This document shows positions 11,478 to 19,764 of a stretch of DNA of 32,000 nucleotides, piece after piece. The DNA is from Vibrio cholerae ATCC 14035 (lineage in GTDB: Bacteria > Pseudomonadota > Gammaproteobacteria > Enterobacterales > Vibrionaceae): NCBI RefSeq assembly GCF_000621645.1, contig NZ_JHXR01000003.1:270001-302000 (forward strand), read 5' to 3'. The translations under genes and the position numbers were made by a program. The notes under the pieces are model-generated. The model did no database searches and had not been told where the DNA came from. It saw nothing but the letters and a program-made list of their open reading frames with translations. Every line of letters starts with the position of its first letter. The first letter of the stretch is position 1.

Positions 11478-11612
11478 TCATTATCCGCTTCGTACTTAAA
11501 GCGGCAGCGGTGTTGGCTAGGTTCGTTCATCTCTATCACATAGTGTGCCTATGCTCATGGAGATGAACCCACCTACTGCCTACCTGCAGTGCCAAGTCGT
11601 TCGGGAATAACT
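11466..11612. repeat. ERIC/IRU-like imperfect palindromic repeat, long variant (copy A)
   Basis: Shares GCAGCGGTGTTGGCTA (11504-11519) exactly with 24037-24052, plus the flanking GTTCGTTCA and ATCACATAG blocks. It has an internal hairpin GTTCATCTC...GAGATGAAC, and the outer arms are degenerate inverted repeats. The sequence resembles the ERIC consensus as I recall it (...CGCTCACCCCAGTCACTTACTT...). Confidence 0.65.
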
Positions 11613-11662
11613 TCTATTATGCTTTGTTTGGCACCTATCAATGAATACGTGCCCACACCTAA

Positions 11663-11699
11663 GGTCCGCGAGTGTTATCTGCGGACTTTTTGCCTTTTT
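11663..11699 (+). terminator. Putative intrinsic terminator of the cytochrome c transcript
   Basis: GGTCCGC (11663-11669) pairs with GCGGACT (11681-11687). The loop is 11 nt, followed by TTTTTGCCTTTTT. It lies inside the N-terminal extension of track ORF 11641-12378. Confidence 0.55.
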
Positions 11700-11853
11700 C
11701 AGCCTTCACTCTTTTTATCTGTGCATTGTTGTGGCACAGCATACAAATCTCACATTCATTTCACTTTTGATTGCAACCAATTCCAATGATTTATGCTCTC
11801 AATGCATGGGAATGATCCCGATCGTCATTATGAACTGTCGTAGAGGAGCGGCC

Positions 11854-12378
11854 ATGAGATTTGAACGAAATGATTTAAGTGGATTTTTAGGGAAGAGTTT
11901 TATCTATAACTATGATCAGGGTTGGCGTTATGAGCTGTATGTGAAAAATGCGACCACCATAGATTATCGAGTCCATTCTGGGATTGTTGGTGGGCGATGG
12001 GTGAAAGATCAAACCGTGCATATCTCGCGAGTTGGGGCGGCCATTTATCGGGTTTCTTGGGCTGAGCCAACTGGAACCAGCGTCGCTCTCACCTTAAACT
12101 TAGAGGATTATGTCGTGCATGGTGCCATTTACTTTCCTCGCTGGATTGTTGATGAGCCTGAAAAAATTGCTTGCTATCAAAATGACCATCTCCCTCTTAT
12201 GGAAGCGTACCGTGATGCCGGGCCTATCTATCCAACCCATGTGATCGATAGCTTTGCGACCTTGATTTATATGCGTGATTGCGGACTCAATAATGAACAA
12301 GTGATTAACTGCCCCCCCAGTGAGCTTGCTGAGGATTATCCTTTCTGTTTAGCCGATAAAAACTTACTGCCAGCCTAA
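11854..12378 (+). CDS. padC: Phenolic acid decarboxylase family protein (PadC-like)
   Basis: Track ORF trimmed to ATG 11854, with AGAGGAG 5 nt upstream. 174 aa, clearly collinear with B. subtilis PadC as I recall it (IYNYDQGWRYELYVKN..TIDYRVHSG.VGGRWVKDQ...VSWAEPTGT...CYQNDH). The Tyr-x-Tyr, Arg and Glu catalytic positions are conserved. Confidence 0.8.
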   Translation: MRFERNDLSGFLGKSFIYNYDQGWRYELYVKNATTIDYRVHSGIVGGRWVKDQTVHISRVGAAIYRVSWAEPTGTSVALTLNLEDYVVHGAIYFPRWIVDEPEKIACYQNDHLPLMEAYRDAGPIYPTHVIDSFATLIYMRDCGLNNEQVINCPPSELAEDYPFCLADKNLLPA

Positions 12379-12437
12379 GTGTGGTCATGGCGTAAGCTGA
12401 TGAAGATGGCTTTGGGAGCACGGAAAAGTCTATAGTG

Positions 12438-12469
12438 GCTTGAGTAACAAAAGGAAAAATTACTCAAGC
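12438..12469 (+). other. 10-bp stem-loop downstream of padC and upstream of glnB
   Basis: GCTTGAGTAA (12438-12447) pairs perfectly with TTACTCAAGC (12460-12469). The loop is A-rich and 12 nt long. Only a weak T-run (ACTTT) follows, so a terminator function is uncertain. Confidence 0.35.
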
Positions 12470-12528
12470 ACTTTGGTTGATTGTTGGTTATGGCTGACAG
12501 ATAATGCCGAGCACTGACAGTCGTTTAA

Positions 12529-12876
<348 letters not shown>

Positions 12877-12902
12877 GCATCCGTCCCTATGATTACTTAA
12901 TA

Positions 12903-12931
12903 ATAAGGAGCTAAGGCTCCTTATTTTGTTT
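12903..12931 (+). terminator. Intrinsic terminator after glnB
   Basis: ATAAGGAGC (12903-12911) pairs with GCTCCTTAT (12916-12924). The loop is 4 nt, followed by TTTGTTT. Confidence 0.65.
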
Positions 12932-12943
12932 GAGGGTAACTGA

Positions 12944-13789
12944 ATGAAAAAACGTTACTGGATGGCTCCATTGTTGATAGCGGCGGCGGGACTGGCCGCT
13001 TTCTGGTCTATCTTCACGATTCCGACTCAACCTGAATTAGTCACTATAGGACGCAATCAGCAAGGCGAACCGCTGTTGTGCTATCAACATCCGCAGTCTG
13101 AAGTTTTGGATCTTGATGGAGAGCTCAATCTGCTCGTTTGGAATATCTATAAACAAAATCGTGCCAATTGGTCAACGCAGCTCACCGAATTGAGTCGTGA
13201 CCAGCAATTACTCTTGCTGCAAGAGGCCAATATGACGCCTGCGTTTAAAGAGTGGATTCATCAATTAGGGTGGGATGGCACCCAAGCTCGAGCTTTTGAA
13301 GCATTTGGAGAGACGGCTGGAGTAATTAATCTCGCTAAAGTGATGCCAACCATGGCTTGTGCTTATACTCAGCTTGAACCGTGGTTGAGGCTGCCTAAAT
13401 CGGCGATCTACGCACGATATCGTTTAAGTGATGGGCAAGAGTTAGTCGTAGTCAATCTGCACGCAGTCAACTTCACTTATGGCACCCAAGAGTATCAACA
13501 GCAGTTGATCGCACTACTGGATGAGCTACGTGATTTTACTGGCCCTGTGATTGTGGCGGGCGATTTTAACAGTTGGAGCGAGGCGCGTATGGCGCTGCTA
13601 AGTACTCAGCTTGCCTCCGTAGGATTACAAGAAGTGCGCTTTTCGCCAGATAACCGCACGACGTTTATCAATGGCTTGCCATTAGATCATGTCTTCTATC
13701 GTGGATTGCAGCTTGAAAAAGCAGAAGCGCCCATATCGGACGCTTCTGATCATAATCCTCTGTTGGTTCGCTTTCGCTTACTCAACTAG
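12944..13789 (+). CDS. yafD: Endonuclease/exonuclease/phosphatase-fold protein, YafD (UPF0294) homologue
   Basis: 281 aa with an N-terminal hydrophobic anchor. Collinear with E. coli YafD from memory ([26 protein letters not shown]). It lies next to mltD-gloB, as in E. coli. Confidence 0.8.
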
Positions 13790-13805
13790 CCTATTCAGCG
13801 CAGTG

Positions 13806-15404
13806 TTATGCGCTGAATTTGGTCACATCCACATACAGTTTCAGTTGCTGACCCGCCTTGAGATATTGAGTGCTGTTTAAATCATTCCACTTAACGATGT
13901 CAGCAGTTTTCACTTTAAACTTATTGGCAATACCACTCAGTGTATCGCCAGAGCGCACTTTGTAAGTTACCGTGCGGATCACGCCACTCGTTGGTTTACT
14001 GTCTTTCCAGATCACCAATTTCTGACCTTTACGCAGCGCATCTTTCGGTGCCATGCCATTCCATTTCGCCAGAGATTGGTAAGGCACGTTATACTGCTTG
14101 GCGATGGTCCAGAGGCTTTCCCCTGAGTTGACGGTGTGCGTCAACTGATACTGTCCACGTGGCACGGATTGGGTCTTGGCTAAGCGATTGCTCACGCTCA
14201 GTGCATACGCTTTCTCATCTTTCACCGAGGTTGGTACGAACAGATAGCTACCCACACGAATTTGGTTGCTGGCAATCTGGTTGGCTTCTTTGATCACTTT
14301 AGCCGTGGTGTTGTACTTATCGGCAATGGTGCTGAGAGTATCACCCGATTTCACCTTATAGCGAACCACCTTAATCCCTTTGCCGCGGTTCTCTTCCATG
14401 GCTAGATTAAAACGTTCAACTTTTTCAACGGGGATCAGCAGTTGATGTGGGCCATTTGGAGCCGTTGCCCATTGGTTATAGGCAGGGTTAAAGCTTTGCA
14501 GCTCTTTAACCGTTAGACCTGCATATCGAGCGGCAATCGCAAGATCCAACTGCTCTTTCGGGTCAACGGTGGCTAACACTGGGCGGTTTTCGATTGCTGG
14601 GATGGAGATACCGTATTTTTCCTGATTGGCAATCACATCGGCTAGTGCAATCAGTTTAGGGACATAACCGCTGGTCTCTTTAGGCAGATCCAGCGAGAAG
14701 AAATCGATAGGTTTACCCGCTTTTTTATTGGCTTTAATGGCGCGGGCCACGCGCCCTTCACCACTGTTGTAAGCGGCGATGGCGTGATACCAGTCACCAT
14801 CGAAGTGTTGGTTCAAGACAGTAAGATAATCCAGCGCAGCGTCTGTGGCGGCGGCGACATCTCGTCGGCCGTCATACCAGAAATTTTGTTTGAGACCATA
14901 ACGCTTGCCGGTAGACGAAATAAACTGCCATAAGCCTGCAGCACTGCCGTGGGAATAGGCAAAAGGATCGAACGAGCTTTCGACAATCGGTAACAGCACC
15001 AATTCTAGCGGCAGGCCGCGTTGCTCGACTTTTTCAGTGATCAGATAGAGGAAAGGTTCAGCACGACTGGCAATCGCTTGTAAGTGACCTGGGTTTTTGA
15101 GAAACCATTCGCGTTGTGCATCAACACTTGGGTCTTTGGGGATGCCGAGCTTGAACTGCATAGCAATGCGTTGCCATACATCGTCTTGTTCTTGTGGTGT
15201 CAGCGCGACGCGCTCTTCTTCTACACTCTCCGTTTCGCCAGCAGGCAGAGTTGCAGTCGTTTGCGGCTTACGCTTTTTTTTCACGGTAGCAGATTGAGTG
15301 GGCGGGTTTACCGCTTGGTCATCTGATGTGGTCGTATCCACAGGTTGGGGGGATTGACAGCCAACGAGCAGCAACGCCAATACCCAACTGAATTTAACTC
15401 GCAT
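13806..15404 (-). CDS. mltD: Membrane-bound lytic murein transglycosylase D
   Basis: 532 aa with lipoprotein signal MRVKFSWVLALLLVGC (lipobox LVGC) and SLT motifs LLPIVESSF, AAGLWQF and AYNSG. Three C-terminal LysM repeats are present (YKVKSGDTLSTIA..., HTVNSGESLWTIA..., YKVRSGDTLSGIA...). Confidence 0.88.
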   Translation of the reverse strand: MRVKFSWVLALLLVGCQSPQPVDTTTSDDQAVNPPTQSATVKKKRKPQTTATLPAGETESVEEERVALTPQEQDDVWQRIAMQFKLGIPKDPSVDAQREWFLKNPGHLQAIASRAEPFLYLITEKVEQRGLPLELVLLPIVESSFDPFAYSHGSAAGLWQFISSTGKRYGLKQNFWYDGRRDVAAATDAALDYLTVLNQHFDGDWYHAIAAYNSGEGRVARAIKANKKAGKPIDFFSLDLPKETSGYVPKLIALADVIANQEKYGISIPAIENRPVLATVDPKEQLDLAIAARYAGLTVKELQSFNPAYNQWATAPNGPHQLLIPVEKVERFNLAMEENRGKGIKVVRYKVKSGDTLSTIADKYNTTAKVIKEANQIASNQIRVGSYLFVPTSVKDEKAYALSVSNRLAKTQSVPRGQYQLTHTVNSGESLWTIAKQYNVPYQSLAKWNGMAPKDALRKGQKLVIWKDSKPTSGVIRTVTYKVRSGDTLSGIANKFKVKTADIVKWNDLNSTQYLKAGQQLKLYVDVTKFSA

Positions 15405-15475
15405 GTAACACAGCCCTTATTCTTCATGGCTGCTGATAATACTTGCCACTTTGTCTTGGTGACAAGCGACAAAAG

Positions 15476-16234
15476 TCAAAATTCATTCTTCCATTCACGT
15501 AATGCAGTAAATATTGTGAGCGGATCCAGCGTTGACACTTGGCTAGCCACTGAGCGAATAACACTCGGCTCTTGCGTGCGTAAAAAAGGATTGACCCATT
15601 TTTCACGCCCCAATGTGGTGGGGAGCGTTGGCTGATTTTGCGCGCGTAAACGACTCACTTCATCACGATAAATATGCAGTTGTTCGTTTTCGGGCTCTAC
15701 CGCTAATGCAAAAGCCACATTGGCGGCAGTGTATTCGTGTGCGCTGTAAACTTGAGTCTCTTCAGGTAGGCTGAGCAACTTATTCAAGGAAGAAAACATC
15801 TGCTCCATCGTGCCTTCAAATACTCGCCCGCAGCCTGCAGAAAACAGCACATCGCCGCAAAACAGCTTGCCATCACCAACGTAACCGATATGCCCTAAGG
15901 TGTGTCCCGGCAGACCGAGAACCATAAAGCGTTCATCAAACAGTTCGATTTGGTCGCCATCTTCCACCGGATGAGTGAGAGTTGGGATGGGCTCTTGTGC
16001 TGGGCCTACCACATGGATTTCGGGGAACTGATGCACAAGCTCAGCAACGCCGCCAATATGGTCGTGATGGTGATGGGTGATCAGCACGGCTTTTAAGTTT
16101 AAGTCATGCTGTTTAAGGTAAGCGAGGACAGGCTCAGCACTGCCCGGGTCGACCACAGCACAGTCGCGATCGCGATTTTGAATCAGCCAGATGTAATTGT
16201 CGTCAAATGCAGGTATGCTTTTGATCTGTAACAT
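15476..16234 (-). CDS. gloB: Hydroxyacylglutathione hydrolase (glyoxalase II)
   Basis: 252 aa with the metallo-beta-lactamase motif [10 protein letters not shown]. Collinear with E. coli GloB and located upstream of mltD on the same strand. Confidence 0.92.
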
Positions 16235-16271
16235 GAGTTGTCTCCGGTTACCTTGATGAAGCGGGTGAGCA

Positions 16272-17009
16272 ATGAAACCAGCACGCAGTGATAAAGCGCT
16301 TGAAAATCCACACTCATGGGCTCAATTGAAAAATGGCCAATGGGTGAGTGAATCTATTCAGACCCGTTTAGATGAATGGTGCCCAAAACTTTTTGGTTAC
16401 CATATGTTAAAGCTCGGCGGTCTGAGCTGTGAGCTTGCCAGTTGTACCTGCAATATTCAACACCAAGTACACCTCGATATTGAAAATCCGTTGCATACGG
16501 TGATTGCCGATAAATATGAGCTGCCGTTTTTGGAGAAGAGTATTGATGTGGCGATTTTGGCGCATCAACTCGACTACAGTAACGATCCTCACCGTTTATT
16601 ACGGGAAGTGGATCGAGTCTTGATTGATGATGGTTATCTGATCATCACCGGTTTTAACCCAATCAGTTTTATTGGCTTAGCCAGCCTGATGCCTTGGCGC
16701 AAAAACAACTTACCTTGGAGTGGGCGAATGTTTACCCCGAATCGGATTAAAGATTGGCTAAGCGTACTCAATTACCAAGTGGTTGCTTGCGATCAGTACG
16801 CCTTGTTTCCGATGCAAAAATACCGACCTTTCTGGACTTGGTTGGAAAACGGCCTCGGTGGCTCAAATTCGCCCTTTGGTAGCCTGTACTTTATTGTTGC
16901 GCGCAAACGTACTTGCCCACTCAAGCCGATTCGTTCTAAATGGCGTTTGAAGCGAAGATTATCGCCGATTGGGGTCAACTATCGAGTTAATAGTAAGTCG
17001 CAGTCGTGA
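16272..17009 (+). CDS. yafS: SAM-dependent methyltransferase, YafS homologue
   Basis: 245 aa, collinear with E. coli YafS from memory (MKPAR..., [28 protein letters not shown]). It is divergent from gloB (37-bp gap) and convergent with rnhA, as in E. coli. Confidence 0.75.
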
Positions 17010-17079
17010 CGCTCTTTTGAACTCTCATTCTGAGCCTCTGTGGTTCAAAACGAGTGCCTTTTTGCTGATTGAGCTTCTG

Positions 17080-17550
17080 TTATTGGGGTTCAGGTTGATA
17101 GCCGATATCGTCTTCGGTGGGATTTTCTGCCGCTTGGCGGGCAAGTTCATCACACATTTCGTTTTCACGGTGTCCCGCGTGGCCTTTAACCCAGCGCCAT
17201 TCGACTTGGTGGCGAGCGGTTTCTTTGTCAAGGGCTTGCCATAAGTCGGCATTTTTCACGGGTTTTTTGTCGGCAGTTTTCCAACCACGCAGCTTCCAGT
17301 TGTGGATCCACTGGGTGATCCCTTGGCGAACATACTGACTATCGGTCGTCAGGATCACGCGACAGGGTTCTTTAAGTGCCTGCAGAGCCATGACGGCGGC
17401 CAGCATTTCCATTCGGTTGTTGGTGGTGAGGCGATAACCGCGAGCAAGGGTCTTCTCGACTTGTTTATAACGCATCACGATGCCATAACCGCCGGGACCT
17501 GGGTTGCCGAGGCAAGAACCATCCGTGAAAATTTCCACCTGTTTGTTCAT
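17080..17550 (-). CDS. rnhA: Ribonuclease HI
   Basis: 156 aa with RNase H motifs [32 protein letters not shown] and [15 protein letters not shown]. Confidence 0.95.
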   Translation of the reverse strand: MNKQVEIFTDGSCLGNPGPGGYGIVMRYKQVEKTLARGYRLTTNNRMEMLAAVMALQALKEPCRVILTTDSQYVRQGITQWIHNWKLRGWKTADKKPVKNADLWQALDKETARHQVEWRWVKGHAGHRENEMCDELARQAAENPTEDDIGYQPEPQ

Positions 17551-17606
17551 GATTTGATACTATTGGGTCACGCAAAGAATTGGCATAGTCTGACATAGAT
17601 ATCCTG

Positions 17607-18350
17607 ATGAATACTAGCAACAATGCAGAATACCAACGCATCGTGGTGCTCGATACCGAAACCACGGGTATGAACCGCGAAGGCGGCCCCCATTACGAGG
17701 GACATCGAATTATTGAGATCGGTGCAGTTGAAATTATCAACCGTAAACTCACCGGACGGCATTTTCACGTCTACTTAAAACCAGATCGCGATATTCAATT
17801 AGAGGCGATTGAAGTTCACGGTATTACCGATGAGTTTCTAAAAGATAAGCCCGAGTACAAAGATGTCCATGAGGAGTTTGTAGACTTCATCAAAGGGGCC
17901 GAGCTGGTTGCCCACAATGCACCGTTTGACGTCGGCTTTATGGATTACGAGTTTGCTAAACTCGGTGGTGCGATCGGTAAAACCAGCGATTTTTGCAAAG
18001 TGACCGATACTTTGGCGATGGCCAAGCGGATTTTCCCCGGTAAACGCAATAACTTGGATATCTTGTGTGAGCGTTACGGCATTGATAACTCACACCGAAC
18101 CCTGCACGGCGCTTTGCTCGATGCGGAGATTCTAGCCGACGTTTATCTATTGATGACCGGTGGGCAGACTTCACTGCAATTTTCATCGGTCACGCAAAAT
18201 AGTGGGGAATTGAGCGCAGAATCGTTAAAACGTGCTCGTTCAGAGCGAAAAGCGTTAAAGGTTTTAGCGGCTAGCGCCGATGAACTACAAGCACATCAAG
18301 ATCGTTTGGACATAGTGGCCAAAAGTGGCACTTGCCTATGGCGTAGTTAG
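17607..18350 (+). CDS. dnaQ: DNA polymerase III epsilon subunit (proofreading exonuclease)
   Basis: 247 aa with Exo I DTETTG, Exo II HNAPFDVGFM and Exo III HGALLDAEILADVY. It is divergent from rnhA across 56 bp, as in E. coli. Confidence 0.95.
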   Translation: MNTSNNAEYQRIVVLDTETTGMNREGGPHYEGHRIIEIGAVEIINRKLTGRHFHVYLKPDRDIQLEAIEVHGITDEFLKDKPEYKDVHEEFVDFIKGAELVAHNAPFDVGFMDYEFAKLGGAIGKTSDFCKVTDTLAMAKRIFPGKRNNLDILCERYGIDNSHRTLHGALLDAEILADVYLLMTGGQTSLQFSSVTQNSGELSAESLKRARSERKALKVLAASADELQAHQDRLDIVAKSGTCLWRS

Positions 18351-18358
18351 GAGAAGTT

Positions 18359-19618
18359 ATGTTGAGGATTCTCGCGGCGATAGTGGGATGTTTGATCAGT
18401 TTGAGTAGTCTAGCGGCACAACAATCTAGCATGTCGCTGCTCGATAACCGTTTTCGCGTTGATCCGACCATAACCCAAATCACCTTTGTGATTTACCGCG
18501 AAAAAGATTCTCAACCAGTCGTGTTAGTTCGCCCTGATGGCAGTAAGTATTATCAGTGGCGTAATCCTGAAAATGTGCGCTGGTATCAAGAATCCTCGAT
18601 GGACATCATCTCGATTGAGAATCCTATGCCGGGGCCTTGGCAGGCAATCGGTAAAGTCACACCGAAAAACAACATCAAACTTATCTCCAATCTACAACTC
18701 ACGACCGACGTCTTTCCGAGCCGAGTGTTTCAAGGGGAAGAATTTAAATTTACCGCACGCTTAACGTCGGACGGTAAACCTTTGCTATTGCGCGATTTTT
18801 TAGATCGAGTCAACCTCAAAGTGACCTTCACCAAGTTTGTTGAAAATGAAGATTCTCTCGCTAAGGAAGCACGACCCATCCCCGAAGTGCTCGGAGAATT
18901 TGCCGATGATGGTACTTTGCTTGATGAAAAGCCCGGCGATGGCGTGTTCACGGTGGCTTTAAAAATGGCGATTGAACCGGGCAAATACCGTGTACGAATT
19001 ACCTCAGGAAATGGCGTTTTTCTGCGTGCGCAAGAGCAAGAGGTGTTAGTTTACCCAACGCCGATTTCGACCACTTTCATTCAATCGCGCTTAACGGGCG
19101 CACCGCATCAGGTGCTGTTTACGGGAGAGCAGGGGATGATTGAGCCCGGTTCATTAGTGGCTCATATTCGTCATCGCCACCCTTATCAAGATGATTACAT
19201 CGCGCAGGCGCAATCAGGCAAAGAATCCTTGACCGCTAAGTTGACCATTCCCTATGACGGTCAGTTTGGTAACTACTCTTGGGATGGAAAAGTGTGGGCG
19301 ACCGAACTTGCTTCACAACGTGAACTCTATTTCCCGATTGGCGATCAAACCTACAGTGTGGTCGATGAGCTTAATATTGCCGAAGTGCGTCGAATTCAGG
19401 AAGAAGAGGAAGCTTTACGCCTGAAACAAGAGCAAGAGCTGTTGATCATTCAGATGCGCGAAGAGCAGCGTAGCCGCAACATGATGTACATCATAGTAGG
19501 TAATATCGTGGTACTGATCTTGGCATTAGCCGTTTGGTTTGTACTGCGTAAGATCAAAATGAAAAAAGCTGCTGTACCGGAAATGCAGCTAAATATGCCG
19601 CCTAAGAAGGGGAAGTAA
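18359..19618 (+). CDS. Conserved-looking hypothetical protein: signal peptide, large beta-rich ectodomain, acidic coiled-coil, C-terminal TM anchor, basic tail
   Basis: 419-aa ORF with signal peptide MLRILAAIVGCLISLSSLAA. Near the C-terminus it has an EEEEALRLKQEQELLIIQMREEQRSR coiled-coil, then the TM helix MMYIIVGNIVVLILALAVWFVL and the tail RKIKMKKAAVPEMQLNMPPKKGK. The AGGAG Shine-Dalgarno (18349-18353) overlaps the dnaQ stop codon. I cannot name a characterised domain. Confidence 0.75.
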   Translation: MLRILAAIVGCLISLSSLAAQQSSMSLLDNRFRVDPTITQITFVIYREKDSQPVVLVRPDGSKYYQWRNPENVRWYQESSMDIISIENPMPGPWQAIGKVTPKNNIKLISNLQLTTDVFPSRVFQGEEFKFTARLTSDGKPLLLRDFLDRVNLKVTFTKFVENEDSLAKEARPIPEVLGEFADDGTLLDEKPGDGVFTVALKMAIEPGKYRVRITSGNGVFLRAQEQEVLVYPTPISTTFIQSRLTGAPHQVLFTGEQGMIEPGSLVAHIRHRHPYQDDYIAQAQSGKESLTAKLTIPYDGQFGNYSWDGKVWATELASQRELYFPIGDQTYSVVDELNIAEVRRIQEEEEALRLKQEQELLIIQMREEQRSRNMMYIIVGNIVVLILALAVWFVLRKIKMKKAAVPEMQLNMPPKKGK

Positions 19619-19703
19619 AGGCGTTGAATTTGCCTTTGACCTTTTGAGGTTTGTTGTTCAAGCGGATTTGAATGAAGGCTCACTTGAGTTTATGAAACAT
19701 AAG

Positions 19704-19728
19704 AAAAGGGAGACGTTGTCTCCCTTTT
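19704..19728. terminator. Bidirectional intrinsic terminator between the 419-aa ORF and fadE (convergent)
   Basis: AAAAGGGAGAC (19704-19714), loop GTT, then GTCTCCCTTTT (19718-19728). An A-run precedes and a T-run follows, so it can function on both strands. Confidence 0.7.
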
Positions 19729-19764
19729 GGCTATTGAAGTGGTGAATACTGCTCAATGTGGAAC

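Noticed and set aside
11589-11853. N-terminal 71-codon extension of the PadC ORF (from 11641) and the 66-aa ORF 11589-11789
   Set aside because: The region contains an intrinsic terminator (11663-11699) and the tail of the ERIC-like repeat. The translation is Cys/Phe-rich nonsense with no PAD homology. A good Shine-Dalgarno precedes ATG 11854, where homology to PadC begins.
12491-12507. Sigma-54-like TGGC...TGC motif upstream of glnB
   Set aside because: The GG-to-GC spacing is 14 nt rather than the required 12 nt, and the -12 element is TGC without the preceding TT. It is not a credible RpoN promoter.
13793-13818. 9-bp hairpin (ATTCAGCGC...GCGCTGAAT) between yafD and mltD as a bidirectional terminator
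   Set aside because: The stem is real but overlaps the mltD stop codon and lacks a T-run on either strand. Function as a terminator is not supported from sequence alone.
17551-17606. Attempt to assign explicit -35/-10 hexamers for the divergent rnhA and dnaQ promoters
   Set aside because: The 56-bp spacer must contain both promoters, as in E. coli. However, several weak hexamer combinations fit about equally well (for example TTGATA at 17554-17559), so none can be supported from sequence alone.
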